A stretch of DNA of 39,128 bases from a bacterium (GTDB taxonomy: Bacteria > Hydrothermota > 32-111), in assembly GCA_050239825.1 (NCBI GenBank), contig JBFXGO010000022.1, positions 1 through 39,128 of the forward strand, written 5' to 3'. Under the pieces are notes generated by a model, which was not told the DNA's origin, searched no databases, and saw nothing but the letters and a program-made list of their open reading frames with translations. A program made the translations under genes and the position numbers. Shown here in pieces: positions 1-7,800 of this stretch (the first letter of the stretch is position 1; each line of letters starts with the position of its first letter).

Positions 1-2524
1 TGGGCCGCTCTATCAATGAACTTGCAATAAAAGGTTCCTCATGAGAATAATTTGAAAATATTCCATGCATTGTCATATCTGGATATTGTTTTATTGAGAC
101 GTCTATTGAATCAACTTTATTTTGGTCATCTGTATTGAACTCAACATAGAGCTTGTCTGCAATATTTCCAAATCGATTTGTAACATAATTAATTTCAGGT
201 GCAACCACTGAAACAAATGGAGCAGATTTATCTTCAAAGGTTAATACTATCGGCCCCTCTCCATATCTCTTAAAATCCTCTTGAAGCTTTAAAATATGTT
301 TTACACCATTTACTGAGACTACTCTTCCTGAAAAAGCCCATATACAATACTGGTCATAATCATGAACAATATATTTGTTTGAAATATAGTTGAACATTAT
401 TTCATTTAAAAAATCACTTCCTAACTTTTCTATTAAATTATCTGACCCATCAAATGATAAATTTTTAGTATTTGTTAAAAAAGCAAAATATGTGCCTTCC
501 TTCAAGTCAAATAGACTACTCAAAACTGATGCAAAATCCCGGTTTTTTACTAGGACTTGTTGATTCTCAGAATTATAAATAATAATTTTTTCTTCTTCTG
601 AATCAAAAGAACTTGAAACCCCACGAAAATCTAATTTTATATCAAAGTTAACTTCTGTTGTATTTCTATATTCTGTCATTTTAGGCAAATAGTTACAGTA
701 CCATTCGCCTTCATCTCTTTTATATCCTCTATTCAGCAAGCAATGCGAACCAGTATAAAAATATGTTTTTTCACCAGAGGCGTCTTTTATACCTGTTGGA
801 TAACTTGTTGTTATAATTTGCATCTTATGTCTTCTTCCATATATCCCATTATAATGACATTCAAGAATTTGATTTTCATAGAAGTCATCAACATTGACTG
901 TGTAAAAACATTTCTCATCGCCGCTTACTGCCATCGCAATGCTTAACTCGGCCCAAATAGAATAATATTTCTTTGCATCTGTCATATTTATTTTGTTCTC
1001 TATTTTATATCTGCCATCTAAAATTCTACTTGTTATAAGTAAATCATTTAATGGTATTTCATATTGTTTTGTACTTATAAGTTCCTTATTGTCTATTTTA
1101 TCTCCAAATATACAAACTGTTATTTTTACTTTATTGTCTGAAGAAACATAAATTCCCTTTTTTGATAAACTCTCAACTAGCTTATCGATTCTTGTTGTAG
1201 GAGAATAAATTTCTACAATAGCTGAAATATCTGCATCTTGTTTGTCTCTTCCTTCAGGATCAAAGGATAAATATGTAGAAGATTTATGATCGTTTTCTAC
1301 GTCTAGAATTTTATCATCTCCAATTTTAAATAAAGTTTTATAAACAGTAATTTCTGGTAAACTAATATATTTTTCTTTCAACTTTTCTGCATTGTCGATA
1401 ACAAATCCAAGATTATATGGATCATATAATTGAGTAATTAATGATTTTTTTACAGATTCACACCTCTTTACTTGATTCTGACCTGACCAACAATCCTTAA
1501 TAGCCTTTAATGCTGGCGTTTTTGATATCAACTTGTTATCGAAGGAAGAAGTAATGTCACAATAGAATATTGAAGGAATTTCCGCCCACTTCAATGTATC
1601 TAAAAATACTATTTTATTGTCTACAATTTCTGTTTTTTCTCCTAATAATTCAATAACTTTTCCAATAGCTATTCTTTGAAAATTAGCATCATCAACTGAA
1701 CTAACAAGATTCGTTCCAGTCCAATAATCACTTAATAAAGGTGTATTTATTGAAAATCCCATATCTGCTAGAAATAATGCAAATCCAAACGAAGAAAAAA
1801 TATTACCCTGAATCCAGGTACCAAGTTCAATCAAGGACCTCAACTGACTTTGATCGTAGTTCATAAAAACATCTTCAAATATCTTCTTATCAAGTACATA
1901 ATTCTTTTCATATGAAATTGTATTAATTGAAGGATTGTCATCTGATTTAGATCCGAAGGCAGTGCAACCTGCTACACAATCTAAATACAACTCTACATCA
2001 CTAAATGGAACATATTTTTTAAAATTTTCAGTCGGTTCGAATAATGTCTTTAAATCTGTAAAGTCTCCGAATCCATAACTCTCACTTAAATATGATTGCC
2101 ATACCATATCTACATATAAGTCTTCCAGATAATGAGAAAGCATCCCAAAGAAATAATAAGACATTTCGACAAAATATGGCTTATTTAAACATATACCTCT
2201 AAGAAGCTCTGGGTCATTGAACATATCTCTGATATAATAAGCTCCATACTCATGAAAATCAAAATCGTCATCCATACTATCTATTTTGTCGGCAATCTGG
2301 TTCTCCAAATAAAATGCTTCTTCTTTGAAAGCCCAACGTTCACGCCAATAATCTGGAGCCATTGACCCTCCATCAATAGCCCAATTATTAACTCCTTGAT
2401 ACACATTTTGAGTGAATGAATTTTCAACAAATTGCTGTATTTCATCTACCATGTGGTAGTGAGTCGAAATGCCACTTGAAAATAATAGTATGGGAATAAA
2501 TAATATAACTAATTTTTTATACAT
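1..2524 (-). CDS. Large secreted protein (3'-truncated by window edge, >=841 aa) with N-terminal Zn-dependent phospholipase C/P1 nuclease-like domain
   Basis: Manual translation from ATG 2524 (RBS AGGAG upstream): MYKKLVILFIPILLFSSGISTHYHM...GSMAPD...FH...GMLSHYLED. This is a signal peptide followed by the xxxxH / GSxxPD / H / GxxxHYxxD pattern of Zn-dependent PLC. All sampled segments of the frame are open to position 2. Probably missing from the ORF track because there is no stop in the window. Confidence 0.75.
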   Translation of the reverse strand, partial: MYKKLVILFIPILLFSSGISTHYHMVDEIQQFVENSFTQNVYQGVNNWAIDGGSMAPDYWRERWAFKEEAFYLENQIADKIDSMDDDFDFHEYGAYYIRDMFNDPELLRGICLNKPYFVEMSYYFFGMLSHYLEDLYVDMVWQSYLSESYGFGDFTDLKTLFEPTENFKKYVPFSDVELYLDCVAGCTAFGSKSDDNPSINTISYEKNYVLDKKIFEDVFMNYDQSQLRSLIELGTWIQGNIFSSFGFALFLADMGFSINTPLLSDYWTGTNLVSSVDDANFQRIAIGKVIELLGEKTEIVDNKIVFLDTLKWAEIPSIFYCDITSSFDNKLISKTPALKAIKDCWSGQNQVKRCESVKKSLITQLYDPYNLGFVIDNAEKLKEKYISLPEITVYKTLFKIGDDKILDVENDHKSSTYLSFDPEGRDKQDADISAIVEIYSPTTRIDKLVESLSKKGIYVSSDNKVKITVCIFGDKIDNKELISTKQYEIPLNDLLITSRILDGRYKIENKINMTDAKKYYSIWAELSIAMAVSGDEKCFYTVNVDDFYENQILECHYNGIYGRRHKMQIITTSYPTGIKDASGEKTYFYTGSHCLLNRGYKRDEGEWYCNYLPKMTEYRNTTEVNFDIKLDFRGVSSSFDSEEEKIIIYNSENQQVLVKNRDFASVLSSLFDLKEGTYFAFLTNTKNLSFDGSDNLIEKLGSDFLNEIMFNYISNKYIVHDYDQYCIWAFSGRVVSVNGVKHILKLQEDFKRYGEGPIVLTFEDKSAPFVSVVAPEINYVTNRFGNIADKLYVEFNTDDQNKVDSIDVSIKQYPDMTMHGIFSNYSHEEPFIASSLIERP

Positions 2525-2536
2525 CTTATCTCCTCT

Positions 2537-2932
2537 TTAGTTATTAATCGATGACATCCACATTGCTAAACCTAATATAATTGCGTAAGAAAGAGTGCTT
2601 CCTATACAACCAAATGTTAACTTTGTCCAATATGATGATAGTGCATCTCTATTCTTTTTTATTTCATTAAATTTTGATTCGTAAATACTATCCATTTCAA
2701 ATATTTGTGATACTGAGTCCAGCTCTTTCTTCTCATCTTTCAATAGTTTTCTGTGATCATAACCGAATATCGTTAAAATGGGATCGATTTTGTTTAATGA
2801 GTCACTTGCTTCCAAATCATATTTATATCCAGTAGAGTCCAGATTATCAGCCGTTTCGGCATTTAACACAGCCATACAAAATATGGCTAAAATAAATATT
2901 AATATTTTTTTAATCATTAACTGCAATGTCAT
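2537..2932 (-). CDS. Hypothetical exported/membrane protein
   Basis: 131-aa ORF with a signal peptide-like N-terminus (KKILIFILAIFCMAVLNA) and a hydrophobic C-terminal segment. Overlaps the upstream gene; true start may be the second Met. Confidence 0.65.
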   Translation of the reverse strand: MTLQLMIKKILIFILAIFCMAVLNAETADNLDSTGYKYDLEASDSLNKIDPILTIFGYDHRKLLKDEKKELDSVSQIFEMDSIYESKFNEIKKNRDALSSYWTKLTFGCIGSTLSYAIILGLAMWMSSINN

Positions 2933-3425
2933 AAGTTAATAATGCACAGATAGTAATAAAAAGTGATATCGTTGCTCCGATGAAAGAAGTCTGTTTGATT
3001 CGTTCCTTGATTCTCAAATAATATTCTTGATTAAAAACATTTTGGTATAATTTGCTCTTATCATAAATCTCACTTTTGTATTTAAACATATAAGCATTAG
3101 CTATTTTTTGTGCATTAGTATAAATAAGTATTGAAAATATTGCTACAATAAGAACATCCGTTTTAATTTTCAAATCCATTTTATCTTCTACAACGGATTC
3201 GACTATCATTGCAATAAGCAAAAATGGAGACATCAGCGTGCTTGTCATGCAAGACGAACATGAACTTAATAAAAAAATGTTTTTCAAATTCATTCTATTT
3301 GCTTCAACTGTTGCATCCCTCTTTGCCTGACTTTTAACATTTTCATCGGTCAATATATTTATTTCATCTGCTAACGAAGCAATGAATACAAAAATAACCA
3401 TCATTAGACAGATAATTTTTTTCAT
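2910..3425 (-). CDS. Hypothetical membrane protein
   Basis: 171 aa, signal peptide (MKKIICLMMVIFVFIASLA) plus about 3 hydrophobic segments. ATGA overlap with the upstream gene. Confidence 0.7.
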   Translation of the reverse strand: MKKIICLMMVIFVFIASLADEINILTDENVKSQAKRDATVEANRMNLKNIFLLSSCSSCMTSTLMSPFLLIAMIVESVVEDKMDLKIKTDVLIVAIFSILIYTNAQKIANAYMFKYKSEIYDKSKLYQNVFNQEYYLRIKERIKQTSFIGATISLFITICALLTYDIAVND

Positions 3426-4405
3426 AGAATCCTTCCAATACTTATACTTAGAGATGAAACAGAGGCTTTTTCGGACGCATAGCTTACATTTATTGTCGTT
3501 TTCTTTATGTCAAGTCCTATACCTAATGTTATTCCATTACCATTATAACCTATCCTGAAAGGAATCACGGAAGTTAAATATATTTCAGCACCAGATTTTA
3601 GATTAATGTTTTTCCAATCAGAGGAATTAGATTCGCACACAAATTCAGCAATCAGCGGTTTTCCTGTATAATTCATGCAATCGGTAAGGAATCCCAATCC
3701 TATTTCCAAAGTTGTCGGAGTCTTCAGTATTGGGCCGCCCTCCCATTTAATTATTGTTTTGCCGATATCCTTTGAAACTAAACACAACGAGATTTCATTA
3801 ATTTTGAATCTATTTATCGAAATTTCAAAAGTTGTTCCTATATCCAATCCTATTCCATACATAGTATATTGGTCATTAATGATTTTGGGATTAAGCCCAC
3901 CATGCTCATATTTTAAATTAGAACCTAAAGTAAAATACTTATTCCCTACACTAAAGGAAAATGCTGTTTCATCAAGAAAATGTCCACCTTCCGATAGAAC
4001 TAAGTTGTAAAGTATTGACTCGAAATCCGCTCTTACCGAATCATGGGTTTCTTTCATCCACAACCTGCTCCAATTAACTCCATATCTGTATTCTATATTT
4101 CCACTATTGAATCCACTACCCGCAAAGAACATTTCATACCAGCATTTTTGACCTAATTCACTTCTTGACCATTCTATATTTGTCAAACTGACACTTCTCA
4201 ATCCGGCAGGATTTATTTTCATCACAGAAACGCAGTTATTATAAATGTACCCTGTCTCTCCCATTCCCGTTGAACGAGCATCGTAACCTAATCTCGACAT
4301 TATATATTCACCATCTGCTGAATAGATACCAGTACATATTATAAATATTATTGCTAACCTTGTAATCTTTTGAAATGCATTTGCTTCTTTTAGTCTTTTT
4401 CTCAT
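3422..4405 (-). CDS. PorV/UPF0164-like outer membrane beta-barrel protein
   Basis: Signal peptide, then GYDARSTGMGE...INPAGL, the plug motif of the FadL/PorV-type barrel family. Amphipathic beta-strand patterns (GLDIG, FRIGY, LGIGL). Confidence 0.7.
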   Translation of the reverse strand: MRKRLKEANAFQKITRLAIIFIICTGIYSADGEYIMSRLGYDARSTGMGETGYIYNNCVSVMKINPAGLRSVSLTNIEWSRSELGQKCWYEMFFAGSGFNSGNIEYRYGVNWSRLWMKETHDSVRADFESILYNLVLSEGGHFLDETAFSFSVGNKYFTLGSNLKYEHGGLNPKIINDQYTMYGIGLDIGTTFEISINRFKINEISLCLVSKDIGKTIIKWEGGPILKTPTTLEIGLGFLTDCMNYTGKPLIAEFVCESNSSDWKNINLKSGAEIYLTSVIPFRIGYNGNGITLGIGLDIKKTTINVSYASEKASVSSLSISIGRIL

Positions 4406-4458
4406 TTATCCCAACTTTTATTTGAATATTTATTATTTTTATAATCTTATCAAAATAA

Positions 4459-4487
4459 ATTTTACTAAATATATTTATTTTTGTCAA
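4459..4487 (-). promoter_or_regulatory. Sigma70-type promoter for the PorV-like/PLC operon
   Basis: Minus strand TTGACA-N17-TAAAAT, about 55 bp upstream of ATG 4405. Confidence 0.6.
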
Positions 4488-4490
4488 GAC

Positions 4491-4536
4491 CCGAGTTTTT
4501 CAGCGATAGTGTCCTCATATAGTGTAAATAATACAA
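4491..4536 (+). repeat. 46-bp direct repeat, copy 1 (IS left end)
   Basis: 45/46 identical to 10660-10705 (mismatch C4504 vs T10673). Confidence 0.95.
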
Positions 4537-4642
4537 TATGAATGATGGTTTTTCAACATATAGGGGGTAATCCCTGTATATTGAGCCGCCTCGGTTGCAT
4601 TTATCGGCGGAATAGTTATAATAATCTTATAGGAGGTAAAAA

Positions 4643-4822
4643 TTGGACACTACACTAAACGAACCTCATTCCGCCCTCTCTTATGTCTCTCCTCAACAAG
4701 CTCTCATCGGTCTAAAAGATAACATCCTCGCTCAAAGAAAAGCCAATCTCGCTTATGCTAAATCCATAAGATATAATGCTTGGACAAAATCTCAAAACCC
4801 TTGCTTTTTAACAGCTCTTTGA
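4643..4822 (+). pseudogene. IS3-like transposase remnant (C-terminal end of integrase core)
   Basis: AGGAGG RBS, TTG start, 59 aa MDTTLNEPHSALSYVSPQQALIGLKDNILAQRKANLAYAKSIRYNAW... This matches the YNxxRxHSxLxYxxP...GxxxxIxxxRxxxLxxAxxxR tail of IS3-like transposases; the DDE core is absent. Confidence 0.65.
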
Positions 4823-4847
4823 TAGTATCTCTGTCAGTTACTTGAGG

Positions 4848-4910
4848 TCAATCTCGCTGAATTACTCCGTTGTCATAATGGAAACTGTAAAAGATTTGTC
4901 TTTTTGCCAT
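4848..4910 (-). pseudogene. Second TIR (ThsB/DUF1863-like) gene, truncated after about 14 codons by the IS right end
   Basis: AAGGAG RBS then MAKRQIFYSFHYDN|GVIQRD*, compared with MARRAFFSFHYKND of the adjacent TIR. Similarity ends at the IS terminal repeat (about 4869). Confidence 0.8.
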
Positions 4911-4932
4911 TTGTTAGCTCCTTTATAATTTG

Positions 4933-5421
4933 TCAGCGACCCACATCTTCTGCTGCTTTTTCGATCCATTCGCCCAATTTGTTATAACCATCATCATCCA
5001 CATAGTCATAGATTTTGGCTACTTGATAAAAATAGACGCTCTCTCCTTTGTCGTTTTTGCCTATCTCTCCAAATGTCGTTTCTCCTTTTGAAGAAGTATT
5101 GCCGTCTTTATCTTTCAATTTATGAATATGAACGCCTACTAAACCATTTCCTTTTTTGTAGCTTTCCTGTAATTCATACTTTACATATTTTCGCGTTGAT
5201 GTCTCACTACCTATTAAGACAATTGTTACAGATGTCCCTTTCAGTTGTTCATCAATCCAGTCTTCAACAGCTTTATCCCCTTTTTCTTTGATTTTTTCAA
5301 ATTCAGCAGAATCTATAAACCCCGCTGCTTCTTTACCCTGAGTGACCCAGCTATTTCGCACTTGGTTCGCTCGCCATACATCATTTTTGTAATGAAAACT
5401 GAAAAATGCTCTACGTGCCAT
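4933..5421 (-). CDS. TIR-like domain protein (ThsB/DUF1863/MTH538 family)
   Basis: FFSFHY...RANQVRN...WIDEQLKGTSVTIVLIGSET..RKYVKYEL (putative catalytic Glu)...GNGLVGVHI; AGGAGG RBS. Confidence 0.9.
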   Translation of the reverse strand: MARRAFFSFHYKNDVWRANQVRNSWVTQGKEAAGFIDSAEFEKIKEKGDKAVEDWIDEQLKGTSVTIVLIGSETSTRKYVKYELQESYKKGNGLVGVHIHKLKDKDGNTSSKGETTFGEIGKNDKGESVYFYQVAKIYDYVDDDGYNKLGEWIEKAAEDVGR

Positions 5422-5433
5422 TATATATCCTCC

Positions 5434-5868
5434 TTATGATAATTTTTGAATAATAAAAATCAATACGGCAATGATTATGTAAAATGGAGTTGTCGAAAAA
5501 GACCAAGCTCCGCAAATTGTAAGGCCTATTTTCTTTGACAGTTTTTTGGGGCCTTGTAGCTTGTAGACCATTTTGTAATCGAACTTATCCGAATCTAACC
5601 CTTCAACAAACTCATTATAAATGTTTCTGAAATGTCGTTCCAAACCGAGATAAAAACAATCCAAAAAGAAGAACATGGCCAATGGTACATAGGCAATATA
5701 AAAGACCCCGCTCTTTGACCTGTCAATCAATAAGACGACAATCGCCGAAATTATCGTTATCGCCCACGTCTTGCTGTTGGCACTGTTTCCAGCCATTCGG
5801 CTGATCACATTTTGTAAGATGTTAATGTGGTTTTGAATTGCCGAGTTCTCTTTCAAATTACTGTCCAT
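5434..5868 (-). CDS. Small membrane protein (about 3 TM), candidate TIR-coupled effector
   Basis: 144 aa with HINILQNVISRMAGNS..KTW, FFFLDCFYLGLERHFR.IY and three hydrophobic segments. GGAGG RBS; lies between mod and TIR with 9-12 bp gaps. Confidence 0.8.
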   Translation of the reverse strand: MDSNLKENSAIQNHINILQNVISRMAGNSANSKTWAITIISAIVVLLIDRSKSGVFYIAYVPLAMFFFLDCFYLGLERHFRNIYNEFVEGLDSDKFDYKMVYKLQGPKKLSKKIGLTICGAWSFSTTPFYIIIAVLIFIIQKLS

Positions 5869-5877
5869 TTTGTCCTC

Positions 5878-7800
5878 CTAAAAAGCAATCAATTTATCGC
5901 CAAGCAAATGCTTCAAATTCCACTTCATCGTTGTATCAAGCGACCGTTCAAGACAGATAAAAATGGTGTCCTTGTGCGCTTCCAAGTCGTTTAAAGTATG
6001 CTTGTCAATAGCCATGTCCATACAGATAAGACATTCTTTAAAACTGTCTTTTATCCGGTAAACCTTATTTTTTGTAAAAGAAGCTTCTTGCGTTTTTGAA
6101 TAATTCAACATAAAACCATTTTTCAGAAGCACTTCATCGAAAATATTCTTTTCGTCTATCATAGATAGGAACATGGCTTCTTTTTCTTCGATATATTTGT
6201 CGAGAAGCGCAAGGTTTTCTTCCTCGGTTTTAGACGGATCAGGTGCGAAGTCTATCCGGGGAAAATTGGACTTGCCGAGTTTATAGACTTTAAAGCCGGT
6301 TTTAAATGGCTTTTTATCATCAAGTAGTGTCCGTTGTTTGTCGGCTTCTTCTTTTTCAATTTTTTGAATAACTCGTTTATTACGTTCAATGGTAATGTCT
6401 GATATTTTTAAAAATCCTGCTGAAATCGCTTTTTTGCCAGTATCAGTTTTATCTGTCAGTAATTCTGGTAATTGAACAAGGATAACTTTTCTTTCTAATC
6501 CATCATTTTTATTTAGCTCCATCACTGCTTGACCAGTTGAGCCAGAACCAGCAAAAAAATCAAGAATAATATCACCATTATATTCGCACATTTGAATTAA
6601 ACTTTTTATCACATCAGGATTTTTTGGAAAATCAAACAAATCAGATATTTCCTCTGTTGATTTTGATGCAAAAAAATCGTACCAGTTTGTATTTCTTAAA
6701 ATTCCCGTTGTCGGAGGTATCCAATGTTCAACACCTTTATTCATACCTTTTCCATCAGTGTTTCTTCTAATGAACTCCAATTTTTTGCCAGTTCGCACCC
6801 AATAGTCCTCTAATGATTCATTTTCACCACACTCTTTTTGATATTTTAAATAATTATCAACAGCAATTTTTGCTCTTCCTTCACTCCATTTCCATTGCCC
6901 TGTTTCCGGTTTGAAACCTAAAATATCATACCTCATTGTTGGACGATTAGCATTATTCCAAAATCCTTTCCAATAACCATAATTTTGTCTATCCTCGGAT
7001 GCCTCGCGATATATTGGATTAAATTTAAACTCAGACGATTTTGAATAACATATGATATATTCAAATCCAACATTAAAAGAAGCTAATCCATTTTCAATAA
7101 ATTGACGATTAATATTTTTATCATAGCGACGAGTGCTAATTGTATTGCGGTAATTTTCTTCACCAAAAACATCATCCAGTAACTTTCTCATATTATGGTA
7201 TTCTTCATCACCAATAGAAACAAAAATAGCCCCGTCACTTTGTAATAATTGTCTTGCAACAAGAAGCCGTGGTAAAAGCATATTTAGCCAATTAGAATGA
7301 AAACGGCCATTAGATTCAGAATTAGTATCAATTATGCACCCTTCTTGTGTTATACCAATGTGTTCCCAATAATTCTCCTTAGATTCATCCCAAGTGTCAT
7401 TATAAACAAAATCCCCATCAACATTATAGGGCGGGTCGATATAAATACATTTCACACGCTCCCGGTAACCCGAAAGCAAACATTTCAAAGTCTCAAGATT
7501 TTCCCCCTCAATAATCATATTACCGTCAGCATAATCGGGATTTACGCTTTTTTTTTCATCATAGACAAGCGTTGCCTTACTTGGCGTAAAAGCGTTCCGT
7601 TTTGCTTCGCTTTTTCCAAACCATTTAAATTCAAAACGCTCGGTTTCTTTTACCAAATCAGGGTCGATAATCTTTTTCAGTTCATCTGGATTTAGTTTTC
7701 CTTCAACAGTGAATAGGTCTGGGAAAAGAGTTTTTAAAGTTACGAGCCGTTCTTTATTTAAATCAGGAGTTTGCATAAGTTTTTTATCGAGTTCAGACAT
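5878..7800 (-). CDS. mod: Type III R-M system DNA methyltransferase (Mod)
   Basis: IEGENLETLK, IYIDPPYN (motif IV), HSNWLNM..PRL..AR.LL, FPKN, ILDFFAGSGST (motif I); beta-class motif order; adjacent to res. Confidence 0.92.
   Translation of the reverse strand: MSELDKKLMQTPDLNKERLVTLKTLFPDLFTVEGKLNPDELKKIIDPDLVKETERFEFKWFGKSEAKRNAFTPSKATLVYDEKKSVNPDYADGNMIIEGENLETLKCLLSGYRERVKCIYIDPPYNVDGDFVYNDTWDESKENYWEHIGITQEGCIIDTNSESNGRFHSNWLNMLLPRLLVARQLLQSDGAIFVSIGDEEYHNMRKLLDDVFGEENYRNTISTRRYDKNINRQFIENGLASFNVGFEYIICYSKSSEFKFNPIYREASEDRQNYGYWKGFWNNANRPTMRYDILGFKPETGQWKWSEGRAKIAVDNYLKYQKECGENESLEDYWVRTGKKLEFIRRNTDGKGMNKGVEHWIPPTTGILRNTNWYDFFASKSTEEISDLFDFPKNPDVIKSLIQMCEYNGDIILDFFAGSGSTGQAVMELNKNDGLERKVILVQLPELLTDKTDTGKKAISAGFLKISDITIERNKRVIQKIEKEEADKQRTLLDDKKPFKTGFKVYKLGKSNFPRIDFAPDPSKTEEENLALLDKYIEEKEAMFLSMIDEKNIFDEVLLKNGFMLNYSKTQEASFTKNKVYRIKDSFKECLICMDMAIDKHTLNDLEAHKDTIFICLERSLDTTMKWNLKHLLGDKLIAF

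Larger units (their letters stand above)
4491..4869 (+). mobile_element. Internally deleted IS3-like element (MITE-like, 379 bp)
   Basis: Imperfect 27-bp terminal inverted repeats: 4491-4517 CCGAGTTTTTCAGCGATAGTGTCCTCA vs reverse complement of 4843-4869 CGGAGTAATTCAGCGAGATTGACCTCA (21/27 identical). They enclose a transposase C-terminal remnant. No target-site duplication seen. Confidence 0.7.

Noticed and set aside
743..946. 67-aa plus-strand ORF, and the many other short plus-strand ORFs in the track
   Set aside because: They lie antisense to well-supported minus-strand genes, with no recognisable motifs; treated as shadow ORFs.
4933..5868. Calling the TM-TIR pair canonical Thoeris (thsA/thsB), CBASS or Pycsar
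   Set aside because: The 144-aa protein is too short for a Macro or SIR2-SLOG domain, and no cyclase gene is present; no gene symbols assigned.
7548..7556. A9 tract near the 5' end of mod as a phase-variation switch
   Set aside because: Short homopolymer in AT-rich DNA encoding EKK; similar runs occur in housekeeping genes here and the frame is intact. Would need read-level length variation.
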